A DNA stretch of 64,000 bases from Candidatus Zhuqueibacterota bacterium (GCA_049322915.1 JBMOPW010000014.1:192001-256000), one strand, 5' to 3'. Numbered from the stretch's first letter, positions 27,310-38,224 are shown. Notes: a model not told the origin generated them from the sequence alone. Program-made: numbers and translations.

Positions 27310-28002
27310 ATGGGTGTTGTCATGAAAAATGTGTTTAAAGGGTCATCATTTTGGGAGAGTGTATCGTTTTTGTTTATCGCTTTTATAATGAGCAATTACT
27401 CGACGGGGCTGTCCCAGACGGGCCAGAAAGTACGAACAGAATTCTATCCCGGCGATGCTGTGCAGATCTATATTGTCGATGTCGGTCAAATCTCAGAGAA
27501 GGAATCGTTCAATATCAGCAATGACTACACAATCAATAACAAGGGGTATATCATGCTGCCGCTTGTTGGAGAGGTCAAGGTCGTCGGTCACGACCGCTTC
27601 AGTCTTGCGAAATACCTGATGGATAAATTCAGTCCATTCTTTAAAGAGCCCTATATTATTACAACGCCGCTCATGCGCGTGACACTGATGGGCGCTTTCC
27701 AGAAACCAGGCGCCTATCGCGTTAGTCCGGAAAGCTCATTGTGGGAATTGATTGAATTGGCGGAAGGACCCAATGAGGATTGCGATTTAAAGTCCTTGCG
27801 GGTTGAGCGCGGTGGTAAAGTAATCATGAAAAATCTATTGGAGCAGTTCGAAAAAGGCTATTCATTGGAAGAAATCGGTGTTAAAACCGGCGATCAAATT
27901 ATCGCGCGAACTAAGAAAACATTCAGTTCACGAGACATTGTCAATTATGGGTATTTCATCATCTCATCGATAAACTTGTATCTCTATATTCGCGATAGGT
28001 AG
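27310..28002 (+). CDS. Polysaccharide export protein (Wza/OPX family, SLBB)
   Basis: FYPGDAV, GYIMLPLVGEVKVVG (PES), VTLMGAFQKPGAY, GDQI. Start may be 27322. Confidence 0.85.
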   Translation: MGVVMKNVFKGSSFWESVSFLFIAFIMSNYSTGLSQTGQKVRTEFYPGDAVQIYIVDVGQISEKESFNISNDYTINNKGYIMLPLVGEVKVVGHDRFSLAKYLMDKFSPFFKEPYIITTPLMRVTLMGAFQKPGAYRVSPESSLWELIELAEGPNEDCDLKSLRVERGGKVIMKNLLEQFEKGYSLEEIGVKTGDQIIARTKKTFSSRDIVNYGYFIISSINLYLYIRDR

Positions 28003-28019
28003 AAAAATTAGTCACAGGA

Positions 28020-30356
28020 GTGATGTCCATGGTAGCGCCGAATGAAATGTATTTTGAAGAAGAATCGTCAGAAGAAGAAAGTATAGATTTTAAAAAATAT
28101 TATCGGATCATTCTCAAACGTAAGTGGCTGATCCTGGGTATCGTCATTGCCATATCGATCCCGTGGCTGATCTATATGAAAAGTTTGCCGCCTACATACG
28201 AAGCATTTTGTTTGATTCGATTCCAGAATTTAGCGCATGATATTGAAAATATTATCAGTCAAAGCCGGATCACCGAACTGAAGAGCCGATCTTTTGCTGA
28301 AAAGGTAGTGGCGCAGTTAGGCCTCACGTTGAAAATTGAAAATGACGATGAAGATTTAATCCGGCAGGCTTTGTTCGCGGAATTTTTCACAACAACCAGT
28401 ATCAAGTCCGGCGATTTTGTTTTTCGATGGACCGATGACGGTAATTATGCGATTCATCGCGTTCTCGAACAGCGAGAAATTTTGATCGACAACGGGCCGT
28501 GGCAGCAGGCCATGACAGCGACGCACATGACCGGGTCTGATTTTTCTTTCAAACTCCATAAGGAATTTACACAGTTACCGAAAGAAATAAAGTTCAAAAT
28601 TAAAAATTTCAAACTCGCTGTGGAAGAATTTCGTGAGCGAACCAGCGTCGATGTGATGGGCGGCGGAAGCCTGCTGAAAGTGACGATGACAGATCACAAT
28701 GCCGAACTCGTCGCAGAGATGGTCAATAAACTGGCCGGCATCTATATTAATGAAAGCCACTCGTTGAAGCAAAAAAGCGTGGATGACCGGAGAGGGATTA
28801 TCGAGGATCAGTTAAAGGTCGCCAAGACGGATCTTGATAAAGCCCGGGAAGAGCTCAAGACGTTTAGCAGCACACATTTCGTCAGCCTCAATACTCAGAC
28901 GGAGAAGCAAGTCGCTGACAAGCTGAAAGCTGAAGGCGATCTTGAAGTGAAACAGAAACAGAAGGAAGCCCTGGTTGAAGTTCTGACTAAAATAGAAAAT
29001 ATTGGCACATCAGATGAGGAATTACAGAAGCTAAAGTATATCTACCGCGAACTGGCTTCTTTGAGCACATTCGCAACGAATCCTAAAATGGGGATTTTGC
29101 GGAATCAACTTCTAGACCTCGAAGGGAAGTATGATGATCGCGTCAAAGATTTCTCGGAGAACAATGAGAAGGCCATTGAATTTAGCCGTCAAATTGCCGA
29201 GACCCAGTTGAACATCAAAACCGAAGCCAAGCAGCATCTCACCAAGTTATCTTCAGAGATTGCCGGTCATTCTACAGCGATAAACAGACTGGACTATTTG
29301 TTGAGTTCCCAACTTCCGGGCGAGCAATTGAAGCAGGCTGAACTCGAGGAGAATTTCAAACGACAGGAACAACTTTACAATAACCTCCAGACTCAATTGC
29401 AGGATATTAAAATATCTGAGGCTGCTGAGACGGAAGATATTGATATACTGGACAGGGCGATTGTCCCGGAATATCCGGTCAATCGCGACAAAAAGAAAAA
29501 AGCGGCTATGGGGGTGATTTTCAGTGTATTCGTTGGAATGGTTGTTGCTTTCGGGATAGAGTTTCTGGACAAATCCATCAAGACCGTGGATGATGTGAAG
29601 AAATTTTTGAAGCTGGAAGTCATTGGCACAATTCCCAATATCGATTTCAGCGACATTAATGATTACCAGGACTCGGAAAAGATCAAGCAGATCGATCAGC
29701 AGCTTGTGACGTACGACTATTCTCCGACGCCGATTGGCGAGGCGTATCGTTCGCTGCGGACCAATCTTGTCTTCTCCAAAAAAACCGGCCGCGTTCAAAC
29801 GTTTGTCATTACCAGCACGGCGCCGGGGGATGGAAAATCGTTCACTGCAGCGAATGTGGCCATTTCAATGGCGCAACACAAAAGCAACACGCTATTGATA
29901 GATGCAGATTTACGGCGCGGTGTCTTGCACAATACATTTGGCGTTTCCAAAGAACCGGGGTTCACCAATTATCTGACCGGGATGGTGAAATTTCAACACC
30001 TGATCAATGAGACGCTCATCCCAAATCTATCCATGATTAGCTGCGGTTCCTTGTTGCCAAATCCATCGGAGCTGTTGGGCTCGCATCAGATGAAACGTTT
30101 TCTAGATGAGGCGAAAAGGAAATTTGACATTATCATCTTCGATAGCCCACCGTTGAATGCAGCGACTGACGCCATTGTCATCGGAACTCAGGTGGATGCG
30201 GTGGTGCTGGTCATCCGGTCCGGCGTGACAGATCGGGATATGGCGCGGCAAAAAATGGAGATGTTCAAAAATGTGCCGGCTCAGGTTTTGGGGGTTGTGC
30301 TAAATGGTACCTCGGCTGAATTTGGCCATGAAGGGTATAGCTATTATCATTATTAA
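28020..30356 (+). CDS. wzc: Wzc-type polysaccharide co-polymerase / tyrosine autokinase
   Basis: Two TMs with coiled coil; EAYRSLRTNL, Walker A APGDGKS, IDADLRR, DSPP, C-terminal GYSYYHY. Start may be 28029. Confidence 0.92.
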   Translation: MMSMVAPNEMYFEEESSEEESIDFKKYYRIILKRKWLILGIVIAISIPWLIYMKSLPPTYEAFCLIRFQNLAHDIENIISQSRITELKSRSFAEKVVAQLGLTLKIENDDEDLIRQALFAEFFTTTSIKSGDFVFRWTDDGNYAIHRVLEQREILIDNGPWQQAMTATHMTGSDFSFKLHKEFTQLPKEIKFKIKNFKLAVEEFRERTSVDVMGGGSLLKVTMTDHNAELVAEMVNKLAGIYINESHSLKQKSVDDRRGIIEDQLKVAKTDLDKAREELKTFSSTHFVSLNTQTEKQVADKLKAEGDLEVKQKQKEALVEVLTKIENIGTSDEELQKLKYIYRELASLSTFATNPKMGILRNQLLDLEGKYDDRVKDFSENNEKAIEFSRQIAETQLNIKTEAKQHLTKLSSEIAGHSTAINRLDYLLSSQLPGEQLKQAELEENFKRQEQLYNNLQTQLQDIKISEAAETEDIDILDRAIVPEYPVNRDKKKKAAMGVIFSVFVGMVVAFGIEFLDKSIKTVDDVKKFLKLEVIGTIPNIDFSDINDYQDSEKIKQIDQQLVTYDYSPTPIGEAYRSLRTNLVFSKKTGRVQTFVITSTAPGDGKSFTAANVAISMAQHKSNTLLIDADLRRGVLHNTFGVSKEPGFTNYLTGMVKFQHLINETLIPNLSMISCGSLLPNPSELLGSHQMKRFLDEAKRKFDIIIFDSPPLNAATDAIVIGTQVDAVVLVIRSGVTDRDMARQKMEMFKNVPAQVLGVVLNGTSAEFGHEGYSYYHY

Positions 30357-30369
30357 TCAGGGATGAATT

Positions 30370-31323
30370 ATGCATCAACTTGTAACCGGTGGCGCCGGAT
30401 TTATTGGCTCCCATCTGATAGAGCGGCTTCTAAATGAAGGGCACACTGTAACGTGTCTGGATAATTTCAATGACTATTATGATCCTGCCATCAAGCGTAA
30501 TAATATCAAAAAGGCGTTGCAGCATTCAAATTATAGCCTGATTGAAGCCGATATTCTTGATGAACCCACACTGAACGAAATTTTCCAGTCGAACAGATTT
30601 GATGTGATCGTGCATCTGGCGGCCCGAGCCGGCGTTCGACCTTCGGTTCAGAATCCCCAATTGTACCAGGAAGTGAATATTCGCGGCACCATGAATTTGC
30701 TGGAATTAGCGAAAACCTGGTCGATTAAAAAATTTGTTATGGCGTCGTCTTCCTCAGTCTATGGCAATAATACAAAAGTGCCTTTTTCAGAATCAGACCC
30801 GGTAGACAACCCAATCTCTCCCTATGCAGCGACCAAAAAGGCGTGTGAATTGATCGGCTATACCTATAGCGCGTTGTACGATATTTCTGTCACCTGCCTC
30901 CGTTTTTTTACGGTGTACGGACCGAGACAGCGCCCGGATATGGCCATTCATAAATTCACCAAGCTCATTGACCAGGATAAAGAGATACCCATCTTTGGAG
31001 ATGGTAAAGCACAGCGAGACTTCACGTATTACACCGATATCATCGAAGGACTCGTGGCTTCGATTGAGCGCTGCAATGGCTATCACGTGTACAATCTCGG
31101 CGAGTCCCGCGTTGTTCAATTGATGGAATTGGTGACGTTGATTGAGAAAAACCTCGGGAAAAAAGCGCGGATTAAATGGTCGCCTGCCCAGCCGGGAGAT
31201 GTGAAAATTACCTATGCAGATATTGCCCGGGCAAGACATGACCTGGATTATAATCCACGGGTCGCGATTGAATATGGCGTCAGTCAATTCGTTGAATGGT
31301 ATCGGCAAAATAATGGGAAGTAA
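30370..31323 (+). CDS. NAD-dependent epimerase (UDP-glucuronate 4-epimerase-like)
   Basis: TGGAGFIG, HLAARAGVRPS, ASSSSVYG, YAATKK, RFFTVYGPRQRPDMA. Confidence 0.88.
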   Translation: MHQLVTGGAGFIGSHLIERLLNEGHTVTCLDNFNDYYDPAIKRNNIKKALQHSNYSLIEADILDEPTLNEIFQSNRFDVIVHLAARAGVRPSVQNPQLYQEVNIRGTMNLLELAKTWSIKKFVMASSSSVYGNNTKVPFSESDPVDNPISPYAATKKACELIGYTYSALYDISVTCLRFFTVYGPRQRPDMAIHKFTKLIDQDKEIPIFGDGKAQRDFTYYTDIIEGLVASIERCNGYHVYNLGESRVVQLMELVTLIEKNLGKKARIKWSPAQPGDVKITYADIARARHDLDYNPRVAIEYGVSQFVEWYRQNNGK

Positions 31324-31403
31324 TTTTTGCAGACAATGTTGATGTGATGATGTGGATGTTTCTCATCCGAGCGAGACGAATTTTCATGTGATTGGGGTTG
31401 TTA

Positions 31404-32861
31404 ATGGTCAAGGAAAAGGAAGCTTTAATCGTAAATATCATAAAAACGATTGATGCATTGGTAATTGTCTTATCGTTTGTGCTGTCATATTTCATTGATA
31501 ATTTTTTTCGCTCAGTCTATGACTTCCAGGGAATGGCCTATGCCATAGCGCCGACCTTTGAAGGATTGATTTATTTCTCAAAAAAGAATTTGATGCTGAC
31601 TGTTTCGTTCGTTCCCACCTGGATTTTCCTCCTCAACCTCATTGGTGAATATCGAGATTTCAGAACCCGCTCGTTTAAAAAGGAAGTCTATATTATTTTG
31701 AAAGCGGCAATTCTTTCGATTGTGGTGTTTGGCAGCATCTTCTTTGTCTTTCAGATGAAATTCACCAGCCGTTTGTACATGGGAATTTTCACCTTGACAA
31801 CCGCTCTGGGATTGATAGCCGGAAAAAGGATCATCTCGGTCATCCTCGACAGAATTCATGAGCATGGGTTCAACCAGATCAATTTGCTCATCGTGGGTAC
31901 CGGGCGAAGAGCTCAGGAATTTATCCGCGTCGTAAAAGAGCACTCCAATTGGGGACTCCGAATTGTGGGACTGATCGACGATGAGCACGGAATGTACGGA
32001 AAACAGATTGAAGGGCATCGCGTACTGGGTCGGTTGCAGGATATTCCATTCATCCTTCACCGGAAAGTGATTGACAGGGTTATTTTTGTTGTTCCCCGGC
32101 TATGGTTACACCGACTGGATGATGTCATTTTAGCATGTGAGAGAGAAGGAATTGCCACATCCATTTCGATGGATCTGTATGATCTGCGGATTGCCCGGAT
32201 GCGCCAGACTAATTTCAATGGATTCCCCCTGCTGGAGTTTGAAACATTCCACGCCAAGGAGTGGCAGTTGTTTTTGAAGCGCAGCATGGATATCCTTCTC
32301 TCGATTCTTCTTTTGATTGTCTTTTCACCCATTTTGCTTGTCACGGTAATTGCCATCAAGCTGAATTCACGAGGCCCCATATTATTCAGTCAGGTTCGTT
32401 GCGGTGTGAATGGGAGAAAGTTCACGCTATATAAATTTCGGTCGATGATCGTCGGTGCGGAGATGAAGAAGAAGCTGCTGGAAAAACTGAATGAAATGGA
32501 TGGGCCTGTTTTCAAAATAAAACATGATCCGCGCATTACCCGGGTTGGAAGAATCATCCGAAAATTCAGCATCGATGAATTGCCCCAGTTGTTTAACGTG
32601 CTGAAAGGCGATATGAGCATCGTGGGGCCGCGGCCTCCCCTGCCGATTGAAGTGGAAATGTATCAAGTGTGGCAGCGGCGACGATTGAGCCTGAAGCCGG
32701 GCATCACCTGCATCTGGCAGGTGAGTGGCCGAAACAATGTAAATTTCGACCGCTGGATGGAAATGGACCTGGAGTATATTGATAATTGGTCGCTCTGGCT
32801 GGACTTGAAAATACTGATCAAGACAGGCTTTGTCGTCCTGCTGGGATACGGCGCAAGTTAG
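31404..32861 (+). CDS. Priming polyprenyl-phosphate glycosyl-1-phosphate transferase (WcaJ/WbaP family)
   Basis: 4 TM plus LKRSMDI, YKFRSM, DPRITRVG, SIDELPQL, VGPRP, KPGITCIWQV. Confidence 0.92.
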   Translation: MVKEKEALIVNIIKTIDALVIVLSFVLSYFIDNFFRSVYDFQGMAYAIAPTFEGLIYFSKKNLMLTVSFVPTWIFLLNLIGEYRDFRTRSFKKEVYIILKAAILSIVVFGSIFFVFQMKFTSRLYMGIFTLTTALGLIAGKRIISVILDRIHEHGFNQINLLIVGTGRRAQEFIRVVKEHSNWGLRIVGLIDDEHGMYGKQIEGHRVLGRLQDIPFILHRKVIDRVIFVVPRLWLHRLDDVILACEREGIATSISMDLYDLRIARMRQTNFNGFPLLEFETFHAKEWQLFLKRSMDILLSILLLIVFSPILLVTVIAIKLNSRGPILFSQVRCGVNGRKFTLYKFRSMIVGAEMKKKLLEKLNEMDGPVFKIKHDPRITRVGRIIRKFSIDELPQLFNVLKGDMSIVGPRPPLPIEVEMYQVWQRRRLSLKPGITCIWQVSGRNNVNFDRWMEMDLEYIDNWSLWLDLKILIKTGFVVLLGYGAS

Positions 32862-33168
32862 TCAATGAAAAAATATTTTTAAATTGCGCCGAAAAATGAA
32901 AGTAAGTATTCGAGACGAATTACTGGTGCACCATTCCATGCAATCAGTTTTATGCTGGTCAAGATATTTGATTTCTCCTGTCCCGGTCACTCCCTGATAC
33001 TTAATGTGTTGTGAGAATCAGCCGAAAATAATGTTCGAGGACGTTGTGGAAATGATGTGAGGGAAAGGCACCTTCCAGTATTATATTTTCCCCATTCTGT
33101 TTAATCATATTCTTAGCATATTGAATTCAATACATGATTTTATGCACTGCAAGAAAAGGTGAACAACT

Positions 33169-34362
33169 ATGAGAATATTAATGATTGCCCCACAGCCATT
33201 TTTTCAGCCGCGTGGCACTCCCATCAGCGTGATGCATCGGATTAATACACTGACAAAATTAGGGCATGAGATCGATTTGGTTACCTATCATCTGGGACAG
33301 AATATTCCCTTTCCAAATGTAACGTATTACCGAATTCCCAATTTACCATTTGTAAAAAAAATCAGTATCGGCCCGTCAAAAGTCAAAATCATCCTTGATT
33401 TTTTTGTCATTTTGAAAACGCTGAAATTGCTGATGCGAAACGATTATGATATCATCCACTCCCATGAAGAAGCTGGTTTCTTCGGGCACTGGCTTGCCAA
33501 ACGGTTTGGCGCGCTGCATTTATATGATATGCATTCTTCGTTGCCCCAGCAACTGACAAATTTCAAATTCACCAAAGCCCGGGCGCTGATCAGAATTTTT
33601 GATAAGCTGGAGGCCAACACCATCAACGGCTCTGACGCATTGATCACAATTTGCCCGGAGCTTTTTCACTATGTGGAAAAGCTTTACCCGACGAAAAAGC
33701 AGGTGCTCATTGAAAATGTCGCTGAAAACAGTATGGTGTTTGGTGAGCCGGAGATGGGTGATCTGGACATTAAAAAGCAATACAATCTGAACTCGCATAC
33801 CATTGTGCTGTACGCCGGCACGTTTGAACCGTACCAGGGTCTGGATTTGCTAATCGAAGCGAGCCGGTCGGTTGTGGACAGGGTGAAGAATGTCACTTTT
33901 CTGCTCGTCGGCGGCCATGGCGATCAGGTGGCGAAATACCAGCAGCAGATCGATGCGCGCAAAATGCAGGATTATTTTGTTCTGACAGGTCAGGTGAAAC
34001 CGGAAATGGTCCCCCGCTTTGTCGATGTGGCTGATATTCTGGTGACTCCTCGGATCGAAGGAAATAATACGCCGCTGAAAATTTATTCGTACCTGCGTTC
34101 GGGAAAGCCGATTGTCGCGACCAATCACATTACGCACACTCAGGTATTGGACGATACAGTGGCTATATTGACGGAATGCAATGCGGCATCGTTTGCAGAG
34201 GGTCTGGTGAAAGTTTTAAGGGATGATGAGCTGCGTAGAAAAATTTCAAAGAATGCCCGATCGCTGGCAGAAGAAAAATACAGCTATGAGGTGTATCTGG
34301 AGAAGACGCGCGGCGTTTATAATTACCTCGAACAAAAGAGGCGGTTAATGAAGGAGATATAA
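33169..34362 (+). CDS. Glycosyltransferase family 4
   Basis: GT-B fold: YAGTFEPYQG, ADILVTPR..TPLKIYSYLRSGKPIV. Confidence 0.85.
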   Translation: MRILMIAPQPFFQPRGTPISVMHRINTLTKLGHEIDLVTYHLGQNIPFPNVTYYRIPNLPFVKKISIGPSKVKIILDFFVILKTLKLLMRNDYDIIHSHEEAGFFGHWLAKRFGALHLYDMHSSLPQQLTNFKFTKARALIRIFDKLEANTINGSDALITICPELFHYVEKLYPTKKQVLIENVAENSMVFGEPEMGDLDIKKQYNLNSHTIVLYAGTFEPYQGLDLLIEASRSVVDRVKNVTFLLVGGHGDQVAKYQQQIDARKMQDYFVLTGQVKPEMVPRFVDVADILVTPRIEGNNTPLKIYSYLRSGKPIVATNHITHTQVLDDTVAILTECNAASFAEGLVKVLRDDELRRKISKNARSLAEEKYSYEVYLEKTRGVYNYLEQKRRLMKEI

Positions 34363-34365
34363 TCC

Positions 34366-36252
34366 ATGTGTGGGATTTGTGGGATTGTTAATTCAGCTAA
34401 AGACAATCAGGTGGACCCGGGGCTGCTCAAACGTATGACGGATGCAATCATCCACCGGGGACCGGATGAAGATGGGCATTATGTAAAGAATAATGTCGGC
34501 CTGGGCATGCGGCGCCTGAGCATCATCGATCTGAGCACGGGAAAACAGCCGATACATAACGAAGATAAAAATGTGTGGATTGTTTTCAACGGTGAAATTT
34601 ATAATCACAAAGAGGTTCGGGCGGAATTGGAGAAAGCCGGGCACCGGTTCGTCACCCAGTGTGATACAGAGGCCATTGTCCATGCCTATGAAGAATACGG
34701 CGAAAAGTGTGTCCAGAAACTGAACGGCATGTTTGCCTTCGCTATTTGGGATGAACGAAAAAATGTGCTGTTCCTGGCGCGAGATCGGGTCGGAATTAAA
34801 CCGCTTTACTATTTCTTTGATAAAAATCGGTTGATCTTCGGTTCGGAACTGAAAACTATTTTGAAGGCAAAGGATATTCCGCGGCGCATTGATCTTCAGG
34901 CGCTGGATAATTTTCTGACGTTCGAGTACATCCCGGCGCCATTGAGCATTTTTCAGGACATCAAAAAATTGCCCCCCGGCCATACGCTCACGTACCGGGA
35001 CAATGAAATCTGGATTCGCAATTACTGGGACCTGGAACTCCGCTCCAATGGCAAGACCTATGATGAGTACCTCACAAATTTGAGGGACCTGCTCCAGGAT
35101 GCTGTGAAAATACGCCTGATGAGCGATGTGCCTCTGGGCGCATTTCTGAGCGGCGGTATCGATTCCAGCATCATTGTGGCGTTGATGGCGCAGGTGATGG
35201 ATCAGCCGGTGAAAACGTTTTCCATCGGATTTGAAGAGTCAACCTACAACGAGCTAAAGTATGCCCGATTGGTGGCAGATAAATTTAAGACAGATCATCA
35301 TGAATTCATCATCAAGCCTGATGCGGTGGATTTAGCGGATAATTTGTTGAAATTTCTAGATGAGCCATTTGGCGATTTTTCGATCTTCCCGACATACCTC
35401 GTGTCAAAAATGGCGCGGGATTACGTCACTGTCACCCTGTCCGGCGATGGCGGCGATGAGCTGTTTGGCGGCTATGACACGTACATCGCTGACCAGTTGT
35501 CTAAAAAATACAATCAACTGCCCCATGCATTGCGCAATGGCTTACTGACAAGGCTTCTGGGTATCATTCCGCCGTCTTCAAAGAAAAAAGGACTGGTGAA
35601 TCGGGCCAAGCGATTTGTCGAAGGCATGAGATTGCCGGAAGATTTGCGCCATGTCCGCTGGATGATTTTCCTCCAGGATTATGAGAAAAACTATCTCTAT
35701 GCGCAGGACATGAAAAGCGGCATTCTCGAGAAGGATCCCTACAAGTTCATCCGGCGCTATTTTACCAATGTCGCATACAGCCAGAAAGATGAAATCAACC
35801 AGCAAATGTACGTGGATGTGAAAACCTATCTGGTCGATGATATTCTGGTGAAAGTCGATCGTATGAGTATGGCCACTTCGCTGGAAGCGCGCGTGCCATT
35901 CCTGGATTATCGATTTGTTGAATTCGCCGGCTCCGTGCCGGGACATTACAAGCTTCAGGGGCGCAAGACGAAATTGATTCTCAAACAGGCCATGGCCGAT
36001 TTGTTGCCTCAGGAAATTTTGACGCGAGGCAAAGAGGGATTCAGTATTCCCATAAAAAATTGGCTGAAAAATGAACTGAAGCCCATGATGATGGATACGT
36101 TATCACCTGAAAAAATTAAACGCGAGGGATTCTTTGATCCAACGTATGTTCAGCAACTGAAGAATGAGCATTTATCCGGCAAGGAAAATCACAGCCATCG
36201 CCTGTGGGCGTTGATGATTTTCGGGCGCTGGTACGACCTTTATATGCAGTAG
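34366..36252 (+). CDS. asnB: Asparagine synthase-like glutamine amidotransferase (probable polysaccharide amidation)
   Basis: MCGICG (Ntn Cys), HRGPD, RRLSIID, FNGEIYN, LSGGIDSS, SGDGGDELFGGY. Confidence 0.92.
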   Translation: MCGICGIVNSAKDNQVDPGLLKRMTDAIIHRGPDEDGHYVKNNVGLGMRRLSIIDLSTGKQPIHNEDKNVWIVFNGEIYNHKEVRAELEKAGHRFVTQCDTEAIVHAYEEYGEKCVQKLNGMFAFAIWDERKNVLFLARDRVGIKPLYYFFDKNRLIFGSELKTILKAKDIPRRIDLQALDNFLTFEYIPAPLSIFQDIKKLPPGHTLTYRDNEIWIRNYWDLELRSNGKTYDEYLTNLRDLLQDAVKIRLMSDVPLGAFLSGGIDSSIIVALMAQVMDQPVKTFSIGFEESTYNELKYARLVADKFKTDHHEFIIKPDAVDLADNLLKFLDEPFGDFSIFPTYLVSKMARDYVTVTLSGDGGDELFGGYDTYIADQLSKKYNQLPHALRNGLLTRLLGIIPPSSKKKGLVNRAKRFVEGMRLPEDLRHVRWMIFLQDYEKNYLYAQDMKSGILEKDPYKFIRRYFTNVAYSQKDEINQQMYVDVKTYLVDDILVKVDRMSMATSLEARVPFLDYRFVEFAGSVPGHYKLQGRKTKLILKQAMADLLPQEILTRGKEGFSIPIKNWLKNELKPMMMDTLSPEKIKREGFFDPTYVQQLKNEHLSGKENHSHRLWALMIFGRWYDLYMQ

Positions 36253-36404
36253 TGAACCGGGCGCATGGCGTGAAAGATGAAGCTGGATAGTCGATGCAAT
36301 GATCTCGCCCTGACTCTGGGCATTTTAATAAGTTATCGTTTCGGATATTTGATCGCATGGATGGAAATGTGTGACAGGATTTTTGAAAGACGAAAGAGGA
36401 TAAT

Positions 36405-38084
36405 ATGAAGCGCGAATTGGATAAACTTGAACAGACAAAATATGATCTGGTTATCATCGGCGCTGGAATCTACGGTGTGGCAGCAGCCTGGGATGCTTCG
36501 CTGCGCGGCCTGAAAGTGGCGCTCATCGATAAGGACGATTTTGGCGCTGCCACCTCATCCAATAGTTTGAAGACAATTCATGGCGGGCTCCGTTACTTGC
36601 AGCAGTTGGATTTTAAACGGATGCGGGAGTCCATTCATGAGCGAATGGTACTGATGCGGATAGCGCCTCATCTGGTGTACCCGTTGCGGGTGGTCATGCC
36701 AACCTACAGCTATAAAATGAAAAGCCGATTGGCCATGATGGCTGCGTTGATTGCCAATGACATCGTTGGATTTGACCGGAATAAACTGGATGATCCCCAT
36801 AAATTTATGCCGTCGGGATTTACCGTTTCAAAGAAAAAAGTTCAGGACTATATTCCGTGTTATACAAAATATAATTTGAATGGCGGCGCGGTATGGTACG
36901 ATTGCCAGTGCTACAATACCGAGCGTTTGCTTCTCTCGTTCATTTTGTCCGCGGCGGAAAAAGGCGCTGATATGGCGAATTACGTACAGGCCAAGGGATT
37001 TTTACGCGACGGAAATCAAATTACCGGACTTAAGGCTAAAGATCAACTCACCGGGAGGGAATTTGAAATTCGAACCAGTATGGTGGTGAACAATTCCGGA
37101 CCGTGGGTTGATGCAGTATTAGGCCAGCTCAATGGTAAATTGCCGGAGCCAAAGTTCAAGCTATCGTCGGCGATGAATATTGTTGTCAAGCGCAACCTGT
37201 TCGCAGACAATGCGGCTGGGTTGTCCGGCCCGTATCAGTACGTTCATCCGGATGGCTCAGTCTACAAAGCGCATCGGATCCTGTTTTTCGCTCCCTGGCG
37301 TGAGTACACCATTATCGGAACCAATCACCTGGCGTTCACGGCGGAAAAACCGGATGGTTACAAAGTGACGGAACAGGAGATACTTGATTTTTTGAGCGCG
37401 GTGAATCAGGCCTATCCCGGAGTGAATATCAAACGAGAGGAAGTGACGCTTGCCTATTACGGATTTTTACCCATGGCTCAGCAGAATCCGCATACCGGCG
37501 AGGTCAATCTGGAAAAGCATTATAAAATTTATGATCACCAGAAGACGGACAATGTGCAGGGGATACTTACGGTGATCGGCGTGAAATATACCACTGCGCG
37601 CGATGTTGCCCGTAAAACGATCGACATGGTTTTTTCGAAATTGAATCGCACATCGCCGCCATGCTCCACAGATGAGACAAGACTTTATGGCGGGTCCATC
37701 GAGCGATTCAAGGATTTTCTGGAAGGCAACATTCAGAGCAAACCGCACGGCCTTGACAAATCCGTGATGACTCACCTCAGCTACAATTATGGCTCGCGGT
37801 TCACCGATATTCTGGACTATTCCGAGGTCGATGCGGCGTGGCTCGAAAAAATTCCCAACTCCGACGAAGTGCTGAGGGCTGAGGTGCTTCACGGTGTTCG
37901 GGAAGAGATGGCCATGAAGCTCGCGGACATTGTTTTCCGCAGGACGGATCTGGGCAGCGCGGAAAATCCCGGGCCACAGGCGTTAAGAGCGTGCGCCGAG
38001 ATTATGGCGAAGGAATTGGGCTGGGACCGAGCCAGAATAGAAAAGGAGATCGATGAGACAAATCAGCTCTATCGAACGGTTTAG
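36405..38084 (+). CDS. FAD-dependent glycerol-3-phosphate dehydrogenase/oxidase family protein (GlpD-like)
   Basis: IGAGIYG, TSSNSLKTIHGGLRYL, VVNNSGPWVD, GVKYTTAR, RRTDLG. Confidence 0.85.
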   Translation: MKRELDKLEQTKYDLVIIGAGIYGVAAAWDASLRGLKVALIDKDDFGAATSSNSLKTIHGGLRYLQQLDFKRMRESIHERMVLMRIAPHLVYPLRVVMPTYSYKMKSRLAMMAALIANDIVGFDRNKLDDPHKFMPSGFTVSKKKVQDYIPCYTKYNLNGGAVWYDCQCYNTERLLLSFILSAAEKGADMANYVQAKGFLRDGNQITGLKAKDQLTGREFEIRTSMVVNNSGPWVDAVLGQLNGKLPEPKFKLSSAMNIVVKRNLFADNAAGLSGPYQYVHPDGSVYKAHRILFFAPWREYTIIGTNHLAFTAEKPDGYKVTEQEILDFLSAVNQAYPGVNIKREEVTLAYYGFLPMAQQNPHTGEVNLEKHYKIYDHQKTDNVQGILTVIGVKYTTARDVARKTIDMVFSKLNRTSPPCSTDETRLYGGSIERFKDFLEGNIQSKPHGLDKSVMTHLSYNYGSRFTDILDYSEVDAAWLEKIPNSDEVLRAEVLHGVREEMAMKLADIVFRRTDLGSAENPGPQALRACAEIMAKELGWDRARIEKEIDETNQLYRTV

Positions 38085-38188
38085 CCGCATCATCTTATGA
38101 ATGAAAAAAATGACACCTTCCTGCAACTTCATGGAATGGTGACTTCATGGCAAGTATGCATGCCTGAATAGCAACGAAAATTCTTTTC

Positions 38189-38224
38189 AACCCGGAACCG
38201 CGAACCTATAAACCCGGAACCTGA
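38189..38224. repeat. Short degenerate ~7-bp tandem repeat
   Basis: AACCCGG AACCGCG AACCTATA AACCCGG AACCTGA. Confidence 0.45.

Noticed and set aside
38148..38165. Second sigma54-like site TGGCAAGTATGCATGC
   Set aside because: GG-to-GC spacing is 13 (or 9), not the required 12.
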